A stretch of DNA of 64,000 nt from contig JABCTC010000011.1 in assembly GCA_018238545.1 (NCBI GenBank), forward strand, positions 1 through 64,000. Reading direction: 5' to 3'. Both the position numbers and the translations under genes were made by a program. Origin of the DNA: Candidatus Heimdallarchaeota archaeon. GTDB taxonomy: Archaea; Asgardarchaeota; Heimdallarchaeia; Heimdallarchaeales; Heimdallarchaeaceae. The notes below the pieces were generated by a model that had not been told where the DNA came from, made no database searches, and saw only the letters and a program-made list of their open reading frames with translations. Shown piece by piece: positions 39,650 to 50,293 of the stretch; the first letter of the stretch is position 1, and each line of letters starts with the position of its first letter.

Positions 39650-40417
39650 ATGAAGATTTCTCAATATAATATCTCTCCAAACCTAAAGATAATCGATTCT
39701 TTACCTATTTTGTTCATTCAAGACGAGAGAATATTAGTAATTGCAGATCTTCATTTAGGTATTGAAGCCATTATGTCTAGAGATGGTACATATTTACCTC
39801 ATAACCAAACCCAAGATATAATCGAACTAATTTCACATTATCTTAAGGAAATAAAACCAGATGAACTAATTCTAAATGGAGACGTCAAACATAGTTTTCA
39901 TGAACCAACAGAGATAGAAAATAGAGATGTTCAGAGGTTTCTTAGAGCAATTTCCCCTCTTGTAAGTAAGATATCAATAACTCAAGGAAATCATGATGTT
40001 TTTCTAAGTTGGGCCACAAAAGGCATGGATAATGTTTGTATTTACAAAAACCATTATACAAAAGGTAAATATTTTTTCACTCATGGTGATAAGGAATTAC
40101 CTAAGGTACTTCCGGAGAAAACAAAGTATATTATTATTGGTCATGAGCACCCAATTCTTGAAGCTAGAATCAATAAATTGCAGAAAATTAGAGCTCCAGC
40201 TTTTGTAGTTGTCCCCATGAAGAAGAAGGATATAAAATTAATAGTTTTGCCAGCTTTCTCTGCATATTCTTCTGGAACGCCAATCAATCCAGATTCGAAA
40301 AATAATCTTTTATCACCCATTCTACGAAACGATGTTAATCTTTCTGAATGTCAATTATATGCTCTGGATAAAAACAAAGAAGTCTTTCATTTTCCTTCCT
40401 TTAAGGAATGGACATAA
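39650..40417 (+). CDS. Calcineurin-like metallophosphoesterase (archaeal SbcD/Mre11-related)
   Basis: ADLHLG, GDVKH, GNHD, THG, GHEHP, LPAFS. Confidence 0.88.
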   Translation: MKISQYNISPNLKIIDSLPILFIQDERILVIADLHLGIEAIMSRDGTYLPHNQTQDIIELISHYLKEIKPDELILNGDVKHSFHEPTEIENRDVQRFLRAISPLVSKISITQGNHDVFLSWATKGMDNVCIYKNHYTKGKYFFTHGDKELPKVLPEKTKYIIIGHEHPILEARINKLQKIRAPAFVVVPMKKKDIKLIVLPAFSAYSSGTPINPDSKNNLLSPILRNDVNLSECQLYALDKNKEVFHFPSFKEWT

Positions 40418-40494
40418 GATATTTCTCCCCAAAGTTAATAAATCTTATAGAAGTATTTTATTCAATTAGATATAATCAACTGAGTGGATTTTAA

Positions 40495-40773
40495 ATGTCT
40501 AAAAAGGAAAGCCTAAGGCCTACAATCTGTATGTTCCCTTGTCCAGTTTGTGCAATAGATACAGATGTAGATCTTTTTGAAAAATCTACTCGTTCAACAT
40601 TTTACTGCAGGGTTTGTGCAAGAGTATATATTTGTAAGCTTCCTCTTGGTTCAATTCAAGTCGGGGAGAATATTCGATATATTTGTCCTATTGATCATAC
40701 TGAATTAGAAGAATCTCCTTTTAGAGCAAAAGAAATTGAATTGCTTATCGAAAAGGCTAAAGAAGGTAAATAG
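40495..40773 (+). CDS. Small zinc-finger protein
   Basis: CPVC..CRVC..C..CPID. Confidence 0.65.
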   Translation: MSKKESLRPTICMFPCPVCAIDTDVDLFEKSTRSTFYCRVCARVYICKLPLGSIQVGENIRYICPIDHTELEESPFRAKEIELLIEKAKEGK

Positions 40774-40788
40774 AACATCACTCTGAGA

Positions 40789-41763
40789 TTGATGAAATCA
40801 AAGAAAAACAAATATCCTAGAGTTACTCCAATCGATATAAAAGACAAAGATTCTATTACTGATCTTATTGCAGAATTTCACTCTTCTGGAGTTTTTGGTC
40901 CAGGTAGAATTGCTAAGGCTGTTGACATCTATACAGAGATGATAAAACAAAAAGCCACAGTTTTCCTCGGCATAGCTGGAGCTTTAGTACCAGGGGGCAT
41001 GAGAAAGATTTTGACAGATATGATCACAGAAGGTATGGTAGATGTTATTGTATCTACAGGAGCAAATGTCACCCATGATTTGATTGAAGCCTTTGGAGGA
41101 AAACATATTCGACACGTTCCTTATGAATCAGATCAAGAGTTACGAGACAAATCTATCGATAGGATATATGATGCATTCGTTGCTGATGAATCATTTATGA
41201 AATTGGAAGATAATCTGCAACCTATATTCAAAGAAATATGGGAGAATAATAAGGATGAAACAAATACTTTGGTAATCTCAACATGTAAACTAATGGAACT
41301 AATAGGAGAAAAACTAGATGACGAGGGGTCATTCGTTAAAGCTGCGTATGATAACAAAGTACCAATTTACGTTCCAGCATTAGCTGATAGTGTCGTAGGA
41401 CTTCAATTATGGTTATTTTCCCAATTAAATAGAACACTTATAGATGATATGGATGACTTAGGTTCAATTCAAAGACTTGCATGGGATTCAGAAAAAGCAG
41501 GAGCATTTTTCCTTGGAGGTGGGGTTCCAAAAAACTACATTTTTCAATCTCGTTTAATGTCTCCAAAGTCATTTGATTATGCAATACAAATTACGATGGA
41601 CCGTGTAGAAACAGGGGGTTTATCAGGCGCATCACTAGAAGAAGCAGTCTCTTGGGGAAAAGTAAAATCAGATAGCAGAATGATCAATGTTGTATCAGAT
41701 ATCACAATTGCCTTGCCCTTGATTTTTCAAGCAACATTGACCAATCTGAAAAAAGCTGACTAG
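40789..41763 (+). CDS. dys: Deoxyhypusine synthase
   Basis: STGANVTHD, PALADS, GGGVPKN, GGLSGASLEEAVSWGK. Confidence 0.93.
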   Translation: MMKSKKNKYPRVTPIDIKDKDSITDLIAEFHSSGVFGPGRIAKAVDIYTEMIKQKATVFLGIAGALVPGGMRKILTDMITEGMVDVIVSTGANVTHDLIEAFGGKHIRHVPYESDQELRDKSIDRIYDAFVADESFMKLEDNLQPIFKEIWENNKDETNTLVISTCKLMELIGEKLDDEGSFVKAAYDNKVPIYVPALADSVVGLQLWLFSQLNRTLIDDMDDLGSIQRLAWDSEKAGAFFLGGGVPKNYIFQSRLMSPKSFDYAIQITMDRVETGGLSGASLEEAVSWGKVKSDSRMINVVSDITIALPLIFQATLTNLKKAD

Positions 41764-41808
41764 TACAAAAGTAAGATTATTAATTGAACAATACAAATTT
41801 AAGAATAG

Positions 41809-42612
41809 ATGACCAAAAACAATATCTCAACTTTCGTCTCAACTGAACGTTTATCAGATTTTTTAGTTGACGAAAATTACAAGATACTTGATCTTCGTAC
41901 TCAAGAGAAATTTGGTCAAGGACACATAGTTGGTTCTATTCATGTTGACTCAGAATTATTCATAAAAAGGGATGATGAAGGAATCAACATAGTTCCTGAA
42001 AAAGGAGTAATTCTTACTGTTTTAAGGGAGAAGGGGGTTAATAAAGATGATACGCTTATCCTTGTTGATGATGTTTTTAATCTGAATTGTTCTATTGCAG
42101 TTTGGGTTTTTCATTACTATGGTTTTTTTAATGTACAACTGTTAGATGGAGCTTTATCAAAATGGGAAAAGGAAAACAGACAATTAACAACAGAAGTAGC
42201 TTTTTATCCCCCTGGTAATATTGATTTCACTGTTGAAAATTCTTCAATTATTATCACAAAAGATGAAATACTCATGAATATTTATTCGGAGGATTATATA
42301 TTTGTTGATAATCGATCAGAATATGCCATAAAATATGATCAACAGGGAGGAACCATTCCTGGTGCTAAACAATTCTTTTATCTTGACATCTTTGAAGAAT
42401 ATCCTGATTATTTCATACTAAGAGATCTTAAAATCATACACAAAGAGTTACACGAGAAAGAAATAAATGAAGATAAAACTATTATTCTTTTCTGTGAATC
42501 AGCACCTCAATCTGCCTTGTTTTATCTGGTTATGAAAGAATTGGGTTATCCAAATGTTAAACTATATCTAGCTGGATATGAAGAATGGCGAATTATATGC
42601 TCGTTTCTCTAA
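41809..42612 (+). CDS. Tandem-rhodanese sulfurtransferase
   Basis: LDLR..GHIVGS, LDGALSKW, TIPGA, FCES, Y.AGYEEW. Confidence 0.8.
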   Translation: MTKNNISTFVSTERLSDFLVDENYKILDLRTQEKFGQGHIVGSIHVDSELFIKRDDEGINIVPEKGVILTVLREKGVNKDDTLILVDDVFNLNCSIAVWVFHYYGFFNVQLLDGALSKWEKENRQLTTEVAFYPPGNIDFTVENSSIIITKDEILMNIYSEDYIFVDNRSEYAIKYDQQGGTIPGAKQFFYLDIFEEYPDYFILRDLKIIHKELHEKEINEDKTIILFCESAPQSALFYLVMKELGYPNVKLYLAGYEEWRIICSFL

Positions 42613-42624
42613 AACTAACGTTTC

Positions 42625-44457
42625 TTACCTGTTTTGACCAAAGTATTTTGCAAGAAAATCTTGACGTAATCCATATATTTGGGTAATTTCTGAATCAATT
42701 TCCGCTTCAATTTCTAAGATTTGAGGTTCTATGCCGTCTTTCGATTTGTCGAGTAATGAAAGAATTTGTCTTACATACTTAGATACTATAGCTCTTTCAC
42801 TTATTGGTGGTATGGGAATACCCTTCAATGGAAAGCTGAAAAATTCTAGCATTTTCCCTTTTGTTTTACCTGCTTCCCTAAACCAGAAATTAGTAAAACT
42901 ACTATTGAGAATTCCTAGGATAGCTAAGGTATCTTTCTCATCTTTAGGAACTATAGCATAGATATCAGTTGCTCCAAAATGCCTCTCCGTATCTAAAGAG
43001 AACCTTGGTAATAAGCTTCTGTAGGGACACAGTATTTTTGTTTGTGATTTGACAAAGGTAGATAGGTTTCGATATACGCTATAATCAAACCATCGTATCT
43101 TGTTCTTTTCCATTAGACGTTTTCTATCTGGTCCCATCGTTAACAATGATTTGTTTCTAGTAAGATATTTCTGAGTGTTTGGATAATCTGACAATTCAAT
43201 TATTCTAGATGGCAATATGGCCCTCAATTCTTTCTTTTTTGAGATTAACCATCTTTGAACATGTCTATTTGTTACGAAAGGAACTAGAACCTCTTCTTCA
43301 ATATTATTAATTTTCAGTTCATGTTGATTTAATACAAAAACTTCTTTTACTCCTGGTGAAAGTCCTTGTGCAATCTTAGCAATATTGCCAAGTTTATCGA
43401 AATTGCTATTATTACTAATTTCTTTAATTATAGATAGATATCGGGATAGAACCCATTTTGTAGCACTGAGTTCGGATGGATTAATAGAAAGATGTTTTGG
43501 CAATAACCTACTCGATTTCTTGAGTTCAAAGAAATTTTTAGGAAGATTCTTTACAAAGTTAAAGTTCTGATTTGGTGGCCTATTCTGTATTGTAAGAATA
43601 CTTGTCGAGACATTAAGCCATCGACCTTCATCTTTGAAGATTCTAATACCTTCTAGGTTAATGATTTCCAATATTTGATAACGCAAAATCTCAGATCTTA
43701 ACAAATCTGCATATTGATTTTCTATCCAATAATTTGGTGTAATCAAAGAGACAATACCATCGTTTTTTAACAAACTGAGGGATTTCATAATGAAAAAATA
43801 ATATATGTCTGAAGATGCACGAAATAGATGTTTCCATCGCTTAGAGGTCTTCAAATAATCAAATAGAAGTTGTGTATCCTCTGTTCTAGTCTCAATTTTT
43901 TTTAGATTGAAATATGGCGGGTTACCAACAATTACATCAAAAGAGTCTATATCACTAAAACTCTCCTCCCAAGAAAACGGTTTCATCTTTGAGATTTGAG
44001 TGCTCGAAAACATTTCCTTAGCATCAATATCGACAATACTATTACCACATTTCAAATTACCAAATGATTCACCTTGAAAAATGGGATAAGTTTTGGAAAT
44101 CCGGGTTTTGCATATTTCTAAAGTGTTAGAATTGAGTTCAACACCATAAATATTACTTGTTACAAAACGATAAAAAAAGTCCATTTTCAATTTTCCGTCA
44201 TATTTAGAATAAGATCTTAAAACATTCCAGAGCCATTTCAACAACCCTAAAATAAAATTACCAGTTCCAATTGAAGGATCACAGAAACGTAATTTAGAAA
44301 GTGTTTCGGTAAATTGTTTATAGTTGCCCAGCTCTATCCTTTTAGATGAGATTAACTGATTAAATACCTGCTCTATCATAAAATCTACCACTGGAGAAGG
44401 TGTGTAGAATTCACCAGTTTTCTTTCTGTGATTCTGATTAAGATTCATAGGTTTCAA
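42625..44457 (-). CDS. N6-adenine DNA methyltransferase (Eco57I/TaqI-like) with target-recognition domain, apparently orphan
   Basis: GEFYTP, DPSIGTGNF, FDVIVGNPPY, ILNS..W. Confidence 0.88.
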   Translation of the reverse strand: MKPMNLNQNHRKKTGEFYTPSPVVDFMIEQVFNQLISSKRIELGNYKQFTETLSKLRFCDPSIGTGNFILGLLKWLWNVLRSYSKYDGKLKMDFFYRFVTSNIYGVELNSNTLEICKTRISKTYPIFQGESFGNLKCGNSIVDIDAKEMFSSTQISKMKPFSWEESFSDIDSFDVIVGNPPYFNLKKIETRTEDTQLLFDYLKTSKRWKHLFRASSDIYYFFIMKSLSLLKNDGIVSLITPNYWIENQYADLLRSEILRYQILEIINLEGIRIFKDEGRWLNVSTSILTIQNRPPNQNFNFVKNLPKNFFELKKSSRLLPKHLSINPSELSATKWVLSRYLSIIKEISNNSNFDKLGNIAKIAQGLSPGVKEVFVLNQHELKINNIEEEVLVPFVTNRHVQRWLISKKKELRAILPSRIIELSDYPNTQKYLTRNKSLLTMGPDRKRLMEKNKIRWFDYSVYRNLSTFVKSQTKILCPYRSLLPRFSLDTERHFGATDIYAIVPKDEKDTLAILGILNSSFTNFWFREAGKTKGKMLEFFSFPLKGIPIPPISERAIVSKYVRQILSLLDKSKDGIEPQILEIEAEIDSEITQIYGLRQDFLAKYFGQNR

Positions 44458-44496
44458 ACAGTTCCTTATCGGGAGTTAACATATTCAATAAAAAAA

Positions 44497-44573
44497 GGTT
44501 TGTTCTCCCTCCCAAAATCCGGTGTATGAAGCTGTGCCACGAAGTGGAGAGCCATGTCCAAGAGAAGGGAAGA
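44497..44573 (-). ncRNA. Candidate single-hairpin structured RNA with 3' ACA and U-tract
   Basis: Minus strand: UCUUCCCUUCU/GGGAGGGAGA basal stem, inner AUG/CAU, GCU/AGC, CCAC/GUGG, then ACA, AACC, U7. Confidence 0.3.
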
Positions 44574-44739
44574 TTGATTGCTTTAAAAACCGGTGAATCT
44601 AATTGCATTAAGATTGCATATTTTGTCACTTTCTTTACTTGGGGTTTTTATAGTTTCGTAGAAAAATATCCCCTATTATATCGTTTACATGGAAAATTAA
44701 TTATCTAAAGTTACTGAACTAAAAAAGAATGGATTAGGT

Positions 44740-46827
44740 TCAGCAGCTTGCTAAATTAACTAATCTTTCCCATCTTTCGTCTACTGTTTCTTGAATCTCA
44801 ATTAATTTCTTCTTCCATTCAGGTTTGAACAGATGTCTAAATCTTCCTTGAAGCTTAAGATAATCCTCAACTGGGACTTTTCTATCAGGATTCTTAGCAA
44901 TTCTTGCAGATTCTCCTGTTAAAATCCATTCTCCTAGGTAAGTTCCGTATAGTGGGAAGAAACAAGATTTTACAGCAATTTTAGTGGTTTCTATAGAGAT
45001 TTCAGGTGCATATCGTTGGCCAAGATTACAAGGTGAATCAACTAACAAGAAAGCTGAACCATCGTGTTTCAAGCCAGCTTGAACTTTAGCCATTAAATCT
45101 CTGATATAAGCTGGACTTGCAGTAAAAGCAGGAATTTCATGAGCAGCCATAATTTCAGCCAAAGGTTTAGCCCATTTAATCTTACCAGGGATGACCTTTC
45201 CAGGAGGACTTGTTGTAGTAGCAGCACTTTGAGGAGTACCTCCAGAGCGTTGGATTCCTGTGTTGTGAACTACTATACCATCTGCAATAAAATTATGTTC
45301 GTCCTCAACCCTAAGATCAATTGTAGGCTCTTCTCGAATGAAATTTATAGAAACTATTTTTTCAGTTTTAAAATTAGGATTGTCAGCGAGGAAATCTCTT
45401 TGTTTTATCTGTGAGAGGTACTTTCCTACATTTGGTTCCTTTTTCCTACTGAAACAGATATATCCATAATTACTATCCTCAAGTAACTTTCTGTACACCA
45501 CAAACGTACCCTTTTTCTTTTGTTGTTTGTGTATTTTTCCTACACGATAATTCATTGTTTGAAGAAGCAATCTCATTGTTTTTAATAGTTCAATGCTTGC
45601 AGAAACGTATCTATTGCTTTTGCCGATTGTATAGCCATCTGATTGTAATAATCCTTTAATCAGGCCTTCTTTTTCTTCCAATGGAAGAGTAAAAATCCAC
45701 GAAGGAATTTTTTTATTTTTAGCACCCTTTCCAATATCTAACGAATCTATAAATTTCGCTAGATTCACTGAATAGATATAGACATCATTTGGATTAACTT
45801 CGCTAGGTGTTATTCCAAAAAGTTTCTGAGTAAGTTCTATCAATCTTTTTCTTTCTTTTGTATCTTTAGGAATTGAAAAACCAATTTCTGTTTTATGAAC
45901 TCTAACCCATCCATCACCAATAAATAACCCAAGAAACTCCATGAGTTCAGGATTGCTTTCTTTTGGTAAAGCAACTTCATTTAGTTTGTTTACTTTGTAA
46001 TCACCTAATTTGGACATTTTGATTGTTTCAAAAGTATAACTATTTCCTTCCGCTAAACTTTTTAACACAACTATTTCATCCCCCACATTTAGCTCCCCTA
46101 ATGTTTTCCAAATTAACTTGTTTTCAATGTTTTTTCTACTTCTTTGAACTATTAAAAATGGATGGTTAATTGTGGTACGAATTGTGTGATGAAGTGTGTT
46201 TAATTCATATATTTTTTTGATTCCATTATCAAATATCCCACTACATTCTTTTAGCACAAGTTCCCCAGATTTTTGGTTAAACGCATAAACTTGGTCACCT
46301 ATCTTGATATCCGTTACCCGTTTAAGTCCCTCTTCTGTCATAATATGAGTATCTAAACTTAAGCAATTCATGTAAGCTCCATTGTTGTAACAAACGTAGA
46401 GGAAGTCATGACCTCGTTCTATAGCTCCAGATAGACTCTGTAAGCCTATATCATATGTGCCCCCATCACCTCCAAAAATAATCATATTCACATTTCTATC
46501 AGGTTTGTTTTGCTTCCTTCTCATAGCTTTCATTGCTTCAATTGCCCCAGAAGCTGTAGCAGGTGCATTTTCGAAAGCATTATGCAACCAAGGAGCATTC
46601 CATGCTGTATAAGGATATATGGTTGTTGCTACTTCTAGACAACCTGTGGCATTAACAATCATTATTGGGTCACCTAGAGCTTTTGCAGCTAATGTGACTT
46701 GTCTTGCCATTATTCCAGCACCACAACCCGAGCATAATCGATGACCACTTGTTAATACTTCACCTAGCTTTGACCATTCTTGTAAGTCTTTCACAGATAT
46801 ACTTGGTAATTCTAACATTTTCTTCAC
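44740..46827 (-). CDS. porB: Pyruvate/2-oxoacid:ferredoxin oxidoreductase beta subunit, intein-containing
   Basis: [33 protein letters not shown]|TGIQRS, QGRFRHL. Confidence 0.92.
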   Translation of the reverse strand: MKKMLELPSISVKDLQEWSKLGEVLTSGHRLCSGCGAGIMARQVTLAAKALGDPIMIVNATGCLEVATTIYPYTAWNAPWLHNAFENAPATASGAIEAMKAMRRKQNKPDRNVNMIIFGGDGGTYDIGLQSLSGAIERGHDFLYVCYNNGAYMNCLSLDTHIMTEEGLKRVTDIKIGDQVYAFNQKSGELVLKECSGIFDNGIKKIYELNTLHHTIRTTINHPFLIVQRSRKNIENKLIWKTLGELNVGDEIVVLKSLAEGNSYTFETIKMSKLGDYKVNKLNEVALPKESNPELMEFLGLFIGDGWVRVHKTEIGFSIPKDTKERKRLIELTQKLFGITPSEVNPNDVYIYSVNLAKFIDSLDIGKGAKNKKIPSWIFTLPLEEKEGLIKGLLQSDGYTIGKSNRYVSASIELLKTMRLLLQTMNYRVGKIHKQQKKKGTFVVYRKLLEDSNYGYICFSRKKEPNVGKYLSQIKQRDFLADNPNFKTEKIVSINFIREEPTIDLRVEDEHNFIADGIVVHNTGIQRSGGTPQSAATTTSPPGKVIPGKIKWAKPLAEIMAAHEIPAFTASPAYIRDLMAKVQAGLKHDGSAFLLVDSPCNLGQRYAPEISIETTKIAVKSCFFPLYGTYLGEWILTGESARIAKNPDRKVPVEDYLKLQGRFRHLFKPEWKKKLIEIQETVDERWERLVNLASC
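45262..46365 (-). mobile_element. Intein (368 aa) with LAGLIDADG homing endonuclease in porB
   Basis: Starts CLSLDT, block [15 protein letters not shown] and GLLQSDG, ends [12 protein letters not shown] followed by Thr. Confidence 0.93.
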
Positions 46828-46828
46828 C

Positions 46829-48010
46829 TTAACTCCTATATCCTATCCACTCTTGGGTTAATGTTTTCCCTTCTTCGTGGTAAACTTTTGCTTTTTCATA
46901 AGCTTCGATAATTTGAGGTAAAGTTAATACTCTTCCACCCAAACCATTGATGAATCCATGCAAAGTTGGAACATCTTTTTTACCATATAATGCAGTTGCT
47001 ATGTCTCCTTGCACAATAGTTCCTGGAGACCCATAAGTTGCAGATCTATCGAGAATTGTTGCAGATTTTATTCCCTTCAAAGCATCATAAATATCGTCGA
47101 TTGGGAATGGTCTATGTAATCTGATTTTTAGTGCTCCAACTTTTTCTCCTTTCTCTCTTAACTTGTTTACTACTGCTTTAGCATTTCCAGCTGTAGCACC
47201 ATAAGAGATGAAAGCATGTTCAGCATCTTCGAGCTGGTATTTCTCGACAATTTCCATTTTTCTTCCAGTTAATTCTGTAAATTCTGCCATTACCTCTTTT
47301 GTTACTTTATAGGCATTCTGCATTGCTTCTTCTTGTTGTCTTTTTATTTCCATGTAGTAATCTTGTAAAACTAAAGATCCAAAAGTCATAACTTCATCAG
47401 GACTAAATTTATACTTAACATCTCTTTCAGCTGGGAGAAACTCCTCAACATCTGTTTTACTCATTGTTTCTACTCTTTCTAGAGCATGTGTAACAATGAA
47501 ACCTTCAATTCCAAACATTGTAGGTAATTGAACATCTGGGTGTTCACCTATTTTGAAAGACATTATTGTTTCATCATATGCTTCTTGTGCTGATTCTCCA
47601 AAAAGTGAAACCCATGAAGCATCTCTACATACTAGTTGATCAGTACATTCTCCATGAATGTTTATTGGCGCACTGAAAGCTCTGTTTGCAACTGCAAGAA
47701 CAATTGGGCACCTCATTCCTGAAGCAACATATAGAATTTCATACATCAATGCAAGCCCTGCTGAAGCTGTTGCTGTAAAAACTCTTGCTCCTGTCATTGA
47801 TGCACCTACACAGGCTGACATCGCGGAATGTTCAGACTCTACAGGAATAAAACTTGTATCTACTTCACCATTATTGACAAAATCACTGTATCTTTCAACG
47901 ATTATTGTTTGAGGAGTAATTGGATAAGCTGCTAGTACATCAGGATTAACTAATTTTACTGCGTATGCAACTGCTTCATCACCAGTCATACCTCTAACTT
48001 GTTTTAACAT
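46829..48010 (-). CDS. porA: Pyruvate/2-oxoacid:ferredoxin oxidoreductase alpha subunit
   Basis: [27 protein letters not shown]. Confidence 0.93.
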   Translation of the reverse strand: MLKQVRGMTGDEAVAYAVKLVNPDVLAAYPITPQTIIVERYSDFVNNGEVDTSFIPVESEHSAMSACVGASMTGARVFTATASAGLALMYEILYVASGMRCPIVLAVANRAFSAPINIHGECTDQLVCRDASWVSLFGESAQEAYDETIMSFKIGEHPDVQLPTMFGIEGFIVTHALERVETMSKTDVEEFLPAERDVKYKFSPDEVMTFGSLVLQDYYMEIKRQQEEAMQNAYKVTKEVMAEFTELTGRKMEIVEKYQLEDAEHAFISYGATAGNAKAVVNKLREKGEKVGALKIRLHRPFPIDDIYDALKGIKSATILDRSATYGSPGTIVQGDIATALYGKKDVPTLHGFINGLGGRVLTLPQIIEAYEKAKVYHEEGKTLTQEWIGYRS

Positions 48011-48016
48011 CCATCA

Positions 48017-48337
48017 TCACCTTGTTAATCTCTTTAATTCTATTGCATCTGCGGGGCAATGTTTTGCACATATTCCACAGCCTTTGCAATAATTTACATC
48101 AACCATCGCTTTCATATCCTCATCCATTTCTATTGCTGCATCAGGACAGTAATAAAAGCAATTCATACAGCTAATACATTTCGATTTGTCAATTATAGCT
48201 TTGAAAGCTGACCAATCACCTGTCTTATATTCATATGCAGTATGGAAAGGGACCGTTCCACCAATTGGCAGATTTTTGGTTCCCCATTTTTCACTTACCC
48301 ATTTCTTCAGTTCTTTGGGAGCTTCTTTCTCAACCAT
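48017..48337 (-). CDS. porD: Oxidoreductase delta subunit (2x[4Fe-4S])
   Basis: KTGDW, CISCMNCFYYCPD, CKGCGICAKHCP. Confidence 0.92.
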   Translation of the reverse strand: MVEKEAPKELKKWVSEKWGTKNLPIGGTVPFHTAYEYKTGDWSAFKAIIDKSKCISCMNCFYYCPDAAIEMDEDMKAMVDVNYCKGCGICAKHCPADAIELKRLTR

Positions 48338-48898
48338 CTACTCCACCTCTTCGTATGCTCGCTTGATTGCTACAACATTTTTTTCTCCCAATACTCCAGG
48401 GAATCTTCTAGTTGTCACATCGAGTAAACTTTCTAATTTGACTAATTTTGTTACCTTAATTAATGCCCCTAGCATTACGAGATTTGGTACATTGCGACCA
48501 ATTTCTTCCATAGCTATTTTTGAACCTGCAACTTTGTATATGTTAGCATGACATCCTTCAAAAAACCTCATTAATGATTCTTTCAGCCCTTCATAATTTA
48601 CAACAATTGTACCTCCCTCTTTTATTCCATCAGCTACTGGAACATCATCTAACAAAGTGGGGTCAATAACCACAACAATATGTGGGTTATATACTTCAGT
48701 TTTTTCCGTAAAAGGCTCTGAACATATACGAGCATATGAGGTTACAGGCGCCCCTGCTCTCTCTGGTCCAAAGTTCGGAAAAGCATGAACATATTGATTT
48801 TCTAAGATTGCTGCTTCAGCTAAAAGACGTGAAGCTGTCACAGCACCTTGCCCTCCTCTACCATTCAGTCGGACATCAGTGATTTCTACCAATTTCAT
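48338..48898 (-). CDS. porG: Oxidoreductase gamma subunit
   Basis: GRGGQGAVT, FGPERAGAPV, NLVMLGAL; ATG 48898 preferred. Confidence 0.92.
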   Translation of the reverse strand: MKLVEITDVRLNGRGGQGAVTASRLLAEAAILENQYVHAFPNFGPERAGAPVTSYARICSEPFTEKTEVYNPHIVVVIDPTLLDDVPVADGIKEGGTIVVNYEGLKESLMRFFEGCHANIYKVAGSKIAMEEIGRNVPNLVMLGALIKVTKLVKLESLLDVTTRRFPGVLGEKNVVAIKRAYEEVE

Positions 48899-49013
48899 TA
48901 CACCTTCAATAAATGAACTTCTTATAAGCACGACAAATACGTATAAATTAAACCTTATGCTATGTATCTAAGAGCAATACATCTAGAAGCTTAACATAAA
49001 AATCAAAAAGAGG

Positions 49014-49568
49014 TTAGGATAATTCAGCTTTAATAGATTTTTCAATCATCATTCTTGTAATTTCGTAATAGATATCATTGATATTCTGACCATTTTTTGC
49101 AGAAACTTCATAATAAGGGAGAGTCTTCAACTTAAATTCTTTCCTTTTCTTCTCTGCATATTCTAAGATATCTTTCTTTTCGACTTCTCTTTGTTCTTGA
49201 ACATCAGTTTTATTTCCTATCAAGATAGCTGGTAAAATATCTTCACACACATCATATACTTCTTTGAACCACTTATCCAGTTGCTCAAAGGATGTTCTAT
49301 CTGTTATGTCACAAACAACAAGCACACCATAGGACCCCTTGTAATATAAAGGTCGTACATACGAAAAACGGTCATGTGATCCTGTATCCCAAGTTTGTAG
49401 CTTCACTTTGTTTCCATCAACTTCTATGTCCTTAACAGAAAATTCTACTCCAATTGTTGGTAGATATCTTTCCCTAAACATACCTGTAGCGAATCTCAAA
49501 GTGATAGATGTTTTTCCCACTCCGGGATTTCCAACTATAATCGTTTTGAACAGGTAGTCAAAAAGCAC
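49014..49568 (-). CDS. Rab-like small GTPase
   Basis: YLFK..GNPGVGKTS, PTIGVEF, WDTG, GNKTD, EVSAK. Confidence 0.92.
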   Translation of the reverse strand: MLFDYLFKTIIVGNPGVGKTSITLRFATGMFRERYLPTIGVEFSVKDIEVDGNKVKLQTWDTGSHDRFSYVRPLYYKGSYGVLVVCDITDRTSFEQLDKWFKEVYDVCEDILPAILIGNKTDVQEQREVEKKDILEYAEKKRKEFKLKTLPYYEVSAKNGQNINDIYYEITRMMIEKSIKAELS

Positions 49569-49729
49569 AGTTATTCACTGATTATTTCTATCTCGTTCCT
49601 ACTTAAATCTATCTAAAGTTGTAGCTAGATAAATATTACTAGAGTAGTTTTAAGAACGTTCTAAACGTCTCTTATAGATACTTAGTTTATTTCAGATAGG
49701 TTTAAATTTTAAAAACCGCACATTATTTT

Positions 49730-50293
49730 GTGAGATTCATAATCATATTTGGTCCTCCTGCGGTAGGAAAAATGGCAGTGGGGAAAGAGCTGTCTAAACG
49801 AACCGGTTTCAAACTTTTACACAATCATATGACCATCGAATTACTAATTCAACTCTTTGACCATGGAACACCAAAGTTTCTCAAACTAAACTCTGAATTT
49901 CGAATGAGAATTTTTGAAGAAGCTGCAACTAGTGATTTATCTGGGTTTATTTTTACATATGTCTGGGACTTAAGTCTACAAGAAGAGAAAGATTATGTCG
50001 AACTTATCAGTAATTTATTTCTTAAAAATAAGTGGGAAGTTTATTATGTTGAGTTAAAGGCATCTTTAGAAGAGAGATTAAAGCGGAACAAAACCAAGGT
50101 TAGGCTTATAGAAAAACCTTCTAAACGTGACACAAAACTATCAGAAGAACGATTAATTGCTATGGATGCTAAGCATAAAATGAACACAGATGGAGAATTC
50201 TATTATCAAAATAATTATTTGAAGATAGTCAACACAGATCTAACTGTAGCAGAAACAGTAGAAAAAATTGTAAATGCATTTGGTTTCAGTTAA
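49730..50293 (+). CDS. P-loop kinase (shikimate-kinase-like AAA family)
   Basis: GPPAVGKM, HNH, ERLKRN. Confidence 0.8.
   Translation: MRFIIIFGPPAVGKMAVGKELSKRTGFKLLHNHMTIELLIQLFDHGTPKFLKLNSEFRMRIFEEAATSDLSGFIFTYVWDLSLQEEKDYVELISNLFLKNKWEVYYVELKASLEERLKRNKTKVRLIEKPSKRDTKLSEERLIAMDAKHKMNTDGEFYYQNNYLKIVNTDLTVAETVEKIVNAFGFS

Noticed and set aside
41809-42612. Rhodanese as sulfur-relay partner of the E1/Ubl (Urm1/SAMP-like)
   Set aside because: About 18 kb away; the E1 has a eukaryote-like catalytic Cys motif and clusters with E2/RING/JAMM, favouring protein conjugation.
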